56,369 nucleotides of DNA from Methanomassiliicoccales archaeon (lineage in GTDB: Archaea > Thermoplasmatota > Thermoplasmata > Methanomassiliicoccales > UBA472): the NCBI GenBank assembly GCA_028682915.1, contig JAJRAN010000135.1, positions 1 to 56,369 of the forward strand, given 5' to 3'. The notes beneath the pieces were generated by a model. That model did no database searches. It was not told where the DNA came from and saw only the letters and a list, made by a program, of their open reading frames with translations. Shown piece after piece: positions 27,153 through 36,800 of this stretch; position 1 is the stretch's first letter; every line of letters begins with the position of its first letter. The position numbers were made by a program, and so were the translations under genes.

Positions 27153-27806
27153 TCAGCTCTTGTGGCCATGCTCCCCGATTAGAGGAACGAAGACGCAGCC
27201 TCCGAGATTCTCTACCTGGAACCTTCCACCTTTGCGCGTGACCCTGACCAGGTCCTGGTACCAGGAGCTTCCCACTGGCACCAGCATCTTGCCTCCGTCG
27301 GAGAGCTGGTCCTTGAGCGGTTGCGGCACACGAGGGGCGGCTGCGGCCACCGAGATGCGGTCGTAAGGGGCATGCTCTGGAAGGCCTTTGGTCCCATCGC
27401 CTTCGGTCACCATGACTTCTTCCGCGTAACCCGTGGCCTCCAAATTCCTCCGGGCCATCTCCGCCAAGTATGGAAGGCGCTCGATGGTGTACACCTTCCC
27501 CCTGGGCCGCACCAGCTCGGCCATTACCGCAGCATGATATCCGGACCCGGTCCCGACCTCCAGCACCGTGTGCCCTGGTCGCAGGTCCAATTCCTCCGCC
27601 ATTATCGCCACCATATGCGGTGCGCTGATCGTCTGCCCTTGGCCGATGTGCAAGGGCGTGTCCGAGTAGGCCTGCTCTTGCATCTCCGGTGGCAGGAAGA
27701 GATGCCGGGGCACGGCCAGCATGGCGTCGGCCACGCGCTGGCTGCGTACGTGTCCCGAGCTCCGCAGCCCGGACACCATCCTCTCCCTGGCTTCCTTCGG
27801 TTCCAT
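27153..27806 (-). CDS. pcm: Protein-L-isoaspartate O-methyltransferase
   Basis: VPRHLF, GQTISAPHMVA, VLEVGTGSGYHAA, APYDRI, FVPL. Confidence 0.96.
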   Translation of the reverse strand: MEPKEARERMVSGLRSSGHVRSQRVADAMLAVPRHLFLPPEMQEQAYSDTPLHIGQGQTISAPHMVAIMAEELDLRPGHTVLEVGTGSGYHAAVMAELVRPRGKVYTIERLPYLAEMARRNLEATGYAEEVMVTEGDGTKGLPEHAPYDRISVAAAAPRVPQPLKDQLSDGGKMLVPVGSSWYQDLVRVTRKGGRFQVENLGGCVFVPLIGEHGHKS

Positions 27807-27810
27807 CTTC

Positions 27811-28410
27811 CTATGAGTATGTTGTGCGGGCGCTCTTGGCATAGATGCGCACGATCTCCCGGGCGGGGACGCCACCATGGCGGACCATCCCCTCCCTGGT
27901 CTTGATGTAATGGATGACCACGTCGTCCCTACCGATGTTCAGGATGTCCCCCACGAAGAACTCCTCGTCCGGCAGGGCGGTCAGCTCGGCCGCCAAGGTC
28001 CTTGACGTCTTGTTGACCGATATCTTGACCCTGACCTTGTCGAACCTCTTGGCCCAGATGGTCTTGATCTCCTTGGCCGGTGCCTGGCTGACCCGCCGCT
28101 CCCCCTTCTCGATTGCGGTCACCACCACGTTGGTGTCCCCCACGAAGAGCTCGTCCCCCACCGCCACCAGCTCGTCCTCGCCGAACTCGAAGTCCAACTT
28201 CGAGGTCTTACCCATGTCGCTGAGGATGATCGGCAGCTTGACCGACTTGGGCTCTCGCACCACGGCGCCGTGCACCTGTTGGCACTCTTGGCATCTGACC
28301 GTGGTCTCCAGGACGTCGCCGCCCTTGGATATTCTCCCCTTCAGAACCTCGTGCAGCGTCTTCTCGCCGCACGAGGGGCAGTCCAGATAAAGCGAATTGG
28401 GAATCGCCAT
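27811..28410 (-). CDS. HVO_0476-family archaeal zinc-finger protein
   Basis: CPSCG...HEVL...VRCQEC..VH N-terminus and a duplicated C-terminal beta domain. Confidence 0.8.
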   Translation of the reverse strand: MAIPNSLYLDCPSCGEKTLHEVLKGRISKGGDVLETTVRCQECQQVHGAVVREPKSVKLPIILSDMGKTSKLDFEFGEDELVAVGDELFVGDTNVVVTAIEKGERRVSQAPAKEIKTIWAKRFDKVRVKISVNKTSRTLAAELTALPDEEFFVGDILNIGRDDVVIHYIKTREGMVRHGGVPAREIVRIYAKSARTTYS

Positions 28411-28464
28411 CTCATCCCCTCTTTGCGCACACGACCATTTCCATATCGCCGCGCCCTATTGAAT

Positions 28465-29022
28465 CTATCTTTTTATCTCGAAGGGGGCGTCATGCCCGGG
28501 GACCACTACTTCAGCCCACTCCACTATCCTGCGCATGCTCCTCAAGGCCTTCTCGGGATCGTAGTTGAGGCCTGGAGGCACCCACTTCCGGTAGTTGTCG
28601 GCTATGGGCAAAGCATCGCCCACGATGGCGTACTTCCTCTCCGCTTCCACGAACACGCTGACGCTGCCTGGGGTGTGCCCGGGTGTCCGAACCAAGCGGA
28701 CCGATTCGTCGATCGCGCTCTCCTGGCCCTCTTCCTCGGGTTCGGAATCGAACTTGATCACCTTGGCTTTGGGGAAGAGGTCGTTGTTCTCACAATGGTC
28801 GTGGTGGTCGTGGGTGTTCACCAAGATGTCGACCTGCTCTGGTCTCACCTTAAGACCCTTCAGCGAGGCGACCAGCTTCGGCCTGTTGGCGCGGGAGGAG
28901 GTGTCCACCACGATGACGTGCTTCTTGCTTCGCACCAGCGTGGAGGAGCTGTGCGCCTCCAGGACCACTTTGCCATCCCTTCGGATCATGCCTTCGCATA
29001 GGACGTTGATCTTCGCAGTCAT
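28465..29022 (-). CDS. Metallo-beta-lactamase-fold hydrolase
   Basis: THDHHDH, TPGHT, GDA, PGH; SD GAGGTG upstream. Confidence 0.9.
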   Translation of the reverse strand: MTAKINVLCEGMIRRDGKVVLEAHSSSTLVRSKKHVIVVDTSSRANRPKLVASLKGLKVRPEQVDILVNTHDHHDHCENNDLFPKAKVIKFDSEPEEEGQESAIDESVRLVRTPGHTPGSVSVFVEAERKYAIVGDALPIADNYRKWVPPGLNYDPEKALRSMRRIVEWAEVVVPGHDAPFEIKR

Positions 29023-29891
29023 CTCAATTTCACCTCGTAGCCGCAATCGCTCACTAGCTTGTCACCCTTATAATGGAAGTTGGACCCGCACTTGGGGCAT
29101 TTGGCCTTGGCGGCGAAGTACTCCAGCCAGGCCTTCCTGATATCCGGCTGCCTCTCGCCTCTTATCTTCTCTAGGGCGGCCCTGAGCTCCGGGGTGGTGG
29201 CCAGGGGCTCCAGGCCCTCATCCTTGTACTTGACCTGCCTCTGTGCTTTCTGCGCCTTTCCCAATAGCGTGCCTAGCGCCATCCCGGTCAGGAACCCTCC
29301 CAGGTGCGCAGCGTAGGCAACACCGCTGGTGCCGATGCCCAGGACGATCGGGAGCTGGGCAACGAAGAAGGCCAAGGTGGCCATCCAGACGGGGACGTTG
29401 GGAAGGACGATGAAGAAGAGAGGAAGGGTGAGCTTATCCCGGGGGTAAAGGATGAAGAGCGCTCCCACCAGGCCAGCTATGGCACCGGAGGCCCCGATGA
29501 TGATGACCGAGCTGCCCCACATCACCATGGACTGGAGGACCAGCCCGAGAACGCCAGCAGCGATGTAGATGATGAAGACCTTGTTCTTCCCGATCCGCTC
29601 CTCCAATGGCCATCCGAACAGGAAGAGGAAGAGCATGTTGGCGAAGATGTGGTAGATGTCCGCGTGCACGAACATGCTGGTGAAGATGGTATACAGGTCC
29701 TGGCCGGTCTGAAGATAGATGGGACGGAACCCGAGCTCTACCCTGATGACGCTGCCACCCAGTATCTCCATGAAGAAGATCAGCAGGTTGCCTATGAGCA
29801 GCATCAAGGTCAGGGAGAGGCGCTTTTGCAGCATCCCCAAGGCCAGCGTGGCGACCATGACCACTATCGCCGCGTAAGAGAAGGCGTCCAT
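29019..29891 (-). CDS. Rhomboid intramembrane serine protease with C-terminal zinc ribbon
   Basis: SMFVH..HI..N, GASG, AHLGG; C-terminal CPKCG...DCG. Confidence 0.92.
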   Translation of the reverse strand: MDAFSYAAIVVMVATLALGMLQKRLSLTLMLLIGNLLIFFMEILGGSVIRVELGFRPIYLQTGQDLYTIFTSMFVHADIYHIFANMLFLFLFGWPLEERIGKNKVFIIYIAAGVLGLVLQSMVMWGSSVIIIGASGAIAGLVGALFILYPRDKLTLPLFFIVLPNVPVWMATLAFFVAQLPIVLGIGTSGVAYAAHLGGFLTGMALGTLLGKAQKAQRQVKYKDEGLEPLATTPELRAALEKIRGERQPDIRKAWLEYFAAKAKCPKCGSNFHYKGDKLVSDCGYEVKLR

Positions 29892-29989
29892 GTTCCGGTG
29901 CACCTATCTGATGGATGGATATGTTGGTTTCGCTGGTCAAGGGCCATCCAATCTTATTAGTGGGTCCTGGGAAATGCAAGGGTGAACTT

Positions 29990-30559
29990 ATGAAGGTCGA
30001 TGCGGGAATCGCCATCGAGGAATGCGCTTCCGTCTATCCGCCATCGGAGGACACATACCTGATGCTGGACTGCTTGGAGGTGAGGCCTGGAGACCGGGTC
30101 CTGGAGATGGGCTGCGGGACCGGTATCCTCGCCCTACATTGCGCCAAGGCCGGCGCCATCGTGTCGGCGGCCGATATCAACCCCAAGGCAGTGGACTGCG
30201 CCCGGGCGAACGCCAAGTCGAATCGCCTGGAGATGAGCGTGGTGCAATCTGACCTGTTCTTGGACGTGGAGGGCGTGTTCGACCTCGTCATCTTCAACCC
30301 GCCATACGTCCCCGACGAGATCAGGGGGGACATCGAGCGCTCCTGGGCTGGCGGGGAGGACGGGGTCAGGGTGCTGGAACGTTTCCTGAAGGACACCCCG
30401 GACCATCTGAGGGAGGGCGGAAGGATAGTGGTGCTGCTCTCCACGGCCATGGAGGACGCTGCCCTGCAATGCGTGCTCTCCCAGTTCGTCAGGGATAGGC
30501 TCGGGGCGAGAAGGCTGTTCTTCGAGAGCATCTGGGTCGAGAGCCTGCGCCTACCTTGA
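29990..30559 (+). CDS. HemK2/MTQ2-family protein methyltransferase
   Basis: VYPPSEDT, LEMGCGTG, FNPPY, GGEDG. Confidence 0.92.
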   Translation: MKVDAGIAIEECASVYPPSEDTYLMLDCLEVRPGDRVLEMGCGTGILALHCAKAGAIVSAADINPKAVDCARANAKSNRLEMSVVQSDLFLDVEGVFDLVIFNPPYVPDEIRGDIERSWAGGEDGVRVLERFLKDTPDHLREGGRIVVLLSTAMEDAALQCVLSQFVRDRLGARRLFFESIWVESLRLP

Positions 30560-32425
30560 GCCCTGGACGACCTTGGCGATCTCCTTCTTCAGCAGCTCGC
30601 TGGCCATCTTGCCATCCACCTTGCCGCGCAGGCGCTCCATCACCGGGCCCATCAGAGGTCCCACCGCCCCCATGCCCTTCTCTTTCACGAATGCCTGGCG
30701 CTCTCTCACCACCTCGGCCACGATCGCCTCCGCCTCCTCCCCGTCCAGGCGCTGCAGCCCCAGGTCACTGACCGCCTCGTCGACGGTCCTGCCCTCGCTC
30801 ATCCTCTTCAGGACCAGGGGCAGGGCCTCCTTGGCGAACCTTCCGTCATGGAGCGCGGCGAACGCCTTCAGGAGGGGAGCGTCGTCCAGCTTGGCGACGT
30901 CGGCCCCCTCCTTCTGGATCTCGGGCAGGGTGCTGAGCAGGGTTCGGGCCGCCACCGCCGCAAGGTCGTACTTGATGGCTACCTCCTCGAACAGGTCCTC
31001 ATAGCCATCGCGGACTATCTGGCGGGCCTGCTGCTCATGAATCCCGTACTTGGTCACGAAGCGATCCACCTTCTCCTCTGGCAGCTCCGGTAGCCTGGAG
31101 CGGACCTCTTCCATCCTGCGCTCGGTGATGGTGATGGGCTTCACGTCGGTCTCGGGGTACATGCGGCTCGCGCCAGGCAATGGGCGGGAATAGGCGGTGC
31201 TGCCGTCCGGAAGGGGGTCCCTCGTCTCCTCCGGGACGCCCTCCAGCGCCATATTGGCCCTCTCCACTGCGGCCCTCAGCGCCGCCTCCGCCTTTCCGGC
31301 CTCGTCGGCGCAGATGGCGAACGCCCCCTCTCCCTCGATTGACATCGCCCCCCTCATGGCCGCGACCTCTTCCGGGGATATGCCGTATCCGGGCAGCTCG
31401 TCGGAATGGAAAATGCCCATCACCCCCGCGCGCATCCTCGCCCTCTGGGCCATCTCCGCTCCCAGGCGCAGGTGCCCGTCGGGGCTCTTCATCACGCCCT
31501 CGAACCCGGGAAGGGGCGCTCCCAGCACCTTCCCTCCTTTGGAGAGGGCGCTGGCGATCACCTTGGACCTGCAATCCTTCATGATGGCGGTAAGGTCGAC
31601 CGCATCAGTCCGTACGGGGGAGACCATCTTCGAGCGCAGCCTTTCCTGCACCAGTAGCAGCGACCTCTGCCGGTCGACCTCCCTCTGCACGTACTCGGGC
31701 AGCATGCGCAGCTCCTGCACCCCCTTCACCTCGACCCGCGCGCCTCCAGGTATGGATATGTTCAGGTCCTCGCGTACGGTGCCGAGGCCGCGCTTCACCT
31801 TCTTCGTCGCCCTGAGCAGGGAGCCCAGCCTGGCGGCGACCTCCTTCACCTCTTCGGGCGTGTGCATGTCCGGGCCGGTGGCCACCTCGATCAAAGGTAT
31901 GCCCAATCGGTCCAGCTTGTAGGTGACCTCCTGCCCCTTGGCCTCCATCTTCCGGGCGGCGTCCTCCTCCAGGCATATGGATTGGATGGTGATGCGCCTG
32001 CCGTCGACCTCCAAGGCGCCGTCCACCGCCACCAGGGCGGTCCTCTGGAAGCCAGTGGTGTTGGAGCCGTCGATGACGATCTTGCGCATGAAGTGGACCT
32101 CGTCGACCACCTTGGCATGGAGCAGGGCGGAGAAGGTCAGGGTGACCTCGATGGCCTGGGCATCGGCATCGTGTGGAGGCTCCTCGTCCGCCTCGACCAG
32201 GCAGGTCACCCTGCGGGGGGCGAGGTAGCGGAAGCGCATTCTCCTTTCCGCCTGGGCCAAGGCAGCCCGGTCCACCTCTCCCAGCTCGCTCTGCGTGGGA
32301 CGGAGGCGGCGATGCAGCTCCACGCCCGGATCTTCGACCAGCTCGGTGGCGCAGGAGCAGAACAGCTTCTTGGTGTCGAGCTGCTGATGGATCTCGATTC
32401 CGCAGGTGAGCTGATGAGCGGTCAT
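30551..32425 (-). CDS. gatE: Glu-tRNA(Gln) amidotransferase subunit E
   Basis: GIEIHQQL...KLFC, MRKIVIDGSNTTGFQRT, LDRLGIPLIE, RPLPGASRMYPETD. Confidence 0.97.
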   Translation of the reverse strand: MTAHQLTCGIEIHQQLDTKKLFCSCATELVEDPGVELHRRLRPTQSELGEVDRAALAQAERRMRFRYLAPRRVTCLVEADEEPPHDADAQAIEVTLTFSALLHAKVVDEVHFMRKIVIDGSNTTGFQRTALVAVDGALEVDGRRITIQSICLEEDAARKMEAKGQEVTYKLDRLGIPLIEVATGPDMHTPEEVKEVAARLGSLLRATKKVKRGLGTVREDLNISIPGGARVEVKGVQELRMLPEYVQREVDRQRSLLLVQERLRSKMVSPVRTDAVDLTAIMKDCRSKVIASALSKGGKVLGAPLPGFEGVMKSPDGHLRLGAEMAQRARMRAGVMGIFHSDELPGYGISPEEVAAMRGAMSIEGEGAFAICADEAGKAEAALRAAVERANMALEGVPEETRDPLPDGSTAYSRPLPGASRMYPETDVKPITITERRMEEVRSRLPELPEEKVDRFVTKYGIHEQQARQIVRDGYEDLFEEVAIKYDLAAVAARTLLSTLPEIQKEGADVAKLDDAPLLKAFAALHDGRFAKEALPLVLKRMSEGRTVDEAVSDLGLQRLDGEEAEAIVAEVVRERQAFVKEKGMGAVGPLMGPVMERLRGKVDGKMASELLKKEIAKVVQGSR

Positions 32426-33717
32426 CAGGCTTCCCTCCGCTCGGAGATCTCGCCCTTCATGTTGGTAAGCATCAAGGACCTCGTTTGTTCCGGGCCTTTG
32501 GTGTTGGCGAGGACCCACATGAGCTTGACCAGTGCCGTCTCGGGCAACATGTCCTCGCCAGGTATGACCCCGGCATTCAGCAGGTCCCTTCCAGTGTCAT
32601 AGACGTTCAGGTTCACCCTGCCGCTCAGGCACTGGGAGGTCATTACCACTGGCAATCCCTTCTTGGCCTGCTTCCTCACCACCTCCACCAGCTCTCTGGA
32701 GACGTGCCCCAGGCCGGTGCCGGCTATCACGGCCCCCTGATGCTGCGCGAGGAATGACTCCAAGGCGCTCGGGGACATCCCGGGATAGAAATGGACCAGG
32801 CAGACCTTTTCCTCCATGCCCTTCCTCAATCTCACCTTGGAGCTCGATTTGACGCGGTAGGGAGAGAGGGCCTCGATCCTCCCGAGCTGGTCCATCCTCG
32901 CCACCGGCCCCTCGTTGATGCTCTGGAAGGCGTCGCGCCGGCTGGTATGCATCTTCCTGACCCTTGTCCCCCGATGCACCGCGAACGTATCGTCGGACAT
33001 CGAGCCGTGCATGAGCACGAACACCTCGGCGGCATCCGAGCCGACGCAGAACCTCGCCGCCGAGATCAGGTTGGTGTAGGCGTCCGAGGAAGGACGGTCC
33101 GAGGAGCGCTGTGCCCCTACCAGCACCACCGGCCCCGGCAGGTCGTCGAGCATGAATGAGAGCGCGGCCGATGTATACCCCATGGTATCCGTGCCATGCG
33201 GAACGATCACCCCCTCGTCCCCCCTGCTCAATCGATCGGCGACCTCCTCCGCCAGCCTCTGCCAGTATTCCACCCTCATGTTCTCTGAGAAGATGGAGAA
33301 GATGACCTTGGCGTCCACCTGGCAGACCTCGGCCATCTCGGGAACGGCGGAGACCAGGTCCGTGGCGGAAAGAGCGGGATGGACCGCGCCCGTGCGATAG
33401 TCCACGTAAGAGGCGATGGTGCCGCCGGTGCCCAGCACCGCCACCCGTTTCTTGCCCTCGGCGATGATGGGGGATTTGACCTCCCGGTCCCTCTTCGCTC
33501 CTTTGCTTGCCATGGTCAGGGTGGCCCCCTCCGTCAGCCTGACCCCTATGTTATATCCGCTCCTCTGCTTCAGGACAACCACGTCCGGGTCGGAGAATTC
33601 ATGGTGTGGCATGAGCACGCCAGACCTCTCGATGACGCCCACGCTCACCCTAACATTGTCCCCTTCCTCTGCTCCAGCGGCGCGCAGGAGATCCGCGACC
33701 CTCCGTGAATAGCTCAA
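32425..33717 (-). CDS. gatD: Glu-tRNA(Gln) amidotransferase subunit D
   Basis: GYNIG, TGGTIAS.VDYRTGAV, HGTDTM, GAQRSSDRPSSD, KMHTSRRDAF. Confidence 0.97.
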   Translation of the reverse strand: MSYSRRVADLLRAAGAEEGDNVRVSVGVIERSGVLMPHHEFSDPDVVVLKQRSGYNIGVRLTEGATLTMASKGAKRDREVKSPIIAEGKKRVAVLGTGGTIASYVDYRTGAVHPALSATDLVSAVPEMAEVCQVDAKVIFSIFSENMRVEYWQRLAEEVADRLSRGDEGVIVPHGTDTMGYTSAALSFMLDDLPGPVVLVGAQRSSDRPSSDAYTNLISAARFCVGSDAAEVFVLMHGSMSDDTFAVHRGTRVRKMHTSRRDAFQSINEGPVARMDQLGRIEALSPYRVKSSSKVRLRKGMEEKVCLVHFYPGMSPSALESFLAQHQGAVIAGTGLGHVSRELVEVVRKQAKKGLPVVMTSQCLSGRVNLNVYDTGRDLLNAGVIPGEDMLPETALVKLMWVLANTKGPEQTRSLMLTNMKGEISERREA

Positions 33718-33792
33718 TCCAATCGCCTGGGTCGAGATTAGGCTTCGGCAATATGGTTTTTTTGCGGATCGGGAGCCTAAGCTCCGCTCAAG

Positions 33793-33840
33793 GAAATGAG
33801 AGAAAGAAAAAAATGGGAAAGGAAAGTTAAGGAAAAGGTT
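33793..33840 (-). terminator. Oligo-T terminator of the giant surface-protein gene
   Basis: A-tracts on the plus strand (T-tracts on minus) right after the stop at 33848. Confidence 0.6.
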
Positions 33841-33847
33841 TGGATGC

Positions 33848-36800
33848 TCAGTCCTTCCTGGCGATTACTATTAGGAGGACACCCAGCATTAGCGCGCCGA
33901 TGAGGGCGATGGTTATGGCCAGGGTCCAGTTGAACTCCGTTACGACCTCTTGGACCACGATCATGGTGTTGCCCATGCTCATGTCCACGCTGGCCTCGGC
34001 CAAGGTCGGGTTCTCGTTGAACTTGACCGTGACCGTGTAGTTGTTCATGCCCAGGTCCATCGTGCCGTCCTCGGACTGCGCCCAACCGACGACCTCGTGG
34101 GTCACCGTGCCGTCCTCGCCAGTGTCATCGGCCCAGGCGATGTTGCCCAGGGCGTCAGTGGCTACGACGTAGGCTCCCGCGGTGCTGCGGTTGAACTTGT
34201 CCTTGGCGAGCACGGTTAGGTCGTACCAGACTCGGATTCCGGTCTTGACGACGTTCGCCATGTCCTCATTCACGATTACGGTTCCGCTGACCACCTGTGG
34301 GGTGAACTCGACCCTGCCGCCATAGTCCTCGACCGAGTTCGGGAAGGTAGCCGTCACGGAGTAGGGCTCCGCGCTAGCGTCCTTGCCGTTCGGGGTCTGG
34401 ACATATGACTTCACCAGTTGCGTGTACACTCCGTCCTCGTCGGTGGTCCCAGTGTAATTGTACAGGCCGTTGGCGCTCGCGAGTACTATGGTCGCACCAG
34501 GCACGCCGTGTCCCTGTGGGTCGGTGGCCTTGGTCATCAGGAAGAACTTCACGATCACGTTGGTCTGCACTACCACGCTGGTCGGACCATTCACGCTGAC
34601 GGTTGTCGGGTCTGGCTCGGCCGGGCTGAACTCGGCATCGTGTCCTGGGTAGCTGCTGGTGTCGACTCCGCCGAAGGACGCATTCACCTTGTACGGGTTC
34701 ATGCTAGTGTCCTTGCCGGCAGAGGTCAGCACAAAGCTGACCGCCCTGGTCGCGAAGATACCGTTCTCGCTGGTCTTGCCCTGGTTGACGACATCGCCCT
34801 TGGCATTCTTGACGGTCACTGGCACATTGGCCAGGGTGTTACCCCACGGGTCCTTGACCACGACGATCAAGGCGAAGGCAACCGTTATCTCGCTGTTCCC
34901 ATCGGCTTTGATCTTGCCGATGAGGGTCGAGTCCGTCACAGATACCTCGGAGTTCGCTGACCATATGGCGAAGTCGCCTGCTATGAGCGTCGCGTTGGAG
35001 ATCGAGGCTACACAGCCGTCCAGGAAGATGGCGTCATCGAGGACCTTGATGGTACCGCCGTTGACGGTTACCTCAGAGTTCTTAGCGACAATTCCATCAT
35101 ATACCGGTACTGGAAGGCTCATGTTGCGGATTATTCCATCCGAGCTCATGTAGGGCACTATCAGCGTGCGGGACAGGATGTCGTCGTTGAAGGTCAGCTC
35201 AGAGTCCACGACCATGACGCCCGTGGTCAGCATTCCGAACTCGTTACCGGAGGTGCTAACCACCGCGCCATCGATGGCAAAGACACCGATGTGACCGAAC
35301 AACAGCTCAGACAGCATCTCTGGGGAGATCCAGAGGTCCAGCATTGGCAGGTAAGTCATGCCGTCCATCATGCCCAAAATAGGCGCGAACTGGAACATGA
35401 CATCCACCAGGGTGCAGTACCCAATCTGGTTGTCCTCGATGCTCACCGCACCACCTTTTATGAAGATCTCCTTGTTGTTGAACAAGAAGATGTTGTCCTT
35501 GATGGTGCCAGTGGTCTGCTCCGTCAATACACCAGCTATGGAGTTCAGCGCGAACACGTTGTCTATTATCTGGCTCATGTCACCATCGCGAACGAACATA
35601 CCGATGGAGTTGTCAGCGATCATACAGTCCGTGATCACCGGCGATGCGCCATTTTCCACCAGGATACCATTCCTGTTGTTCATGGCTATCGTCGAGGACA
35701 TGATGACCGGCGCGCAGCCATCCACCACTACGCCGTTGCGCAGGTTGTACACTATCTGGCTGGTGAATATCTTGGCTGATGCCGTCGGCCCAAGGTAGAG
35801 CTCTAGCGCATCGGTCACAAGGACGTTCATGAAGTCCAAGCCACCGAACACGTTGAACTCATAGTAGTAAGCCGACTCCCCATATTCCGATAGCCAGAAG
35901 TCCACGTTGAAGGCCTTCAACATACCACCTGCATCGACGGTGATGGTCGCGAGACCGTCACTGTCGTCGCCGATGATCTCGAAGTCCACCAGCATGAACA
36001 GCACTAGGTTGCCGCCCTCCTGCACGGTGAGGTCGCCGTTGAAGATCACAGGGTTGTTGATAACGCTGCTCTCTCCATTGACGATCCAATCAACAGCGCT
36101 ATCGAACAGCAGACCGTACTCACCGTTGTTGTTGAACATGCCGTTTATCACGGTGACGCTGCTGTAGCTGTCGATCCACAGGCCGCTAAGGAAGTTGTTG
36201 CTGACCTGCGTATTCTCAATGGTCCCATAGCTGTCGTAGATCCACAAGCCGTTGGCGCCGCTCATGCTGAAGACGCAGTCCTGGATGAGGAAGCCATCGA
36301 CGTAATCGAATTGGCCGCCATCGACGACAGACATGGTCACGTCCACGTTGACGAACGATATATCATAGGAGTCTTCGACCCAGACGCCAAACGTGAATCC
36401 AGTGACCGGGGTGTCGCTGATCCAGATGTTCTCGCTGTTCATTACGAAGATGCCGACGCCGTACCTGTATCCGTCCGATTCAGGTCCGTCACCGCCATCC
36501 TCGCCTTCGACTGCCATCGCGCTCAGCACATTGCTGTAGGCGTCACCGTCATCGCTGAAGGTTATCGCCAAGCCACCGTAGGCGTTGCTGACCACATTGT
36601 AGGCTATGTCGAAGTACTGACAGTTGTCCACCCAGAGGCCGTACCCAGAGCCAACTCCATCTATGGTGTTCTCCATGATGTCGATGTACTCGAAGTAGCT
36701 CACGAAGATGCCGTTGAAGCCGACGTTCGTGATCTGGTTGTTGGTTATGCTCAGGTCTCCGGACAAGTAGTCCTCGAACTCGTCATATCCGCCGCCCAGA

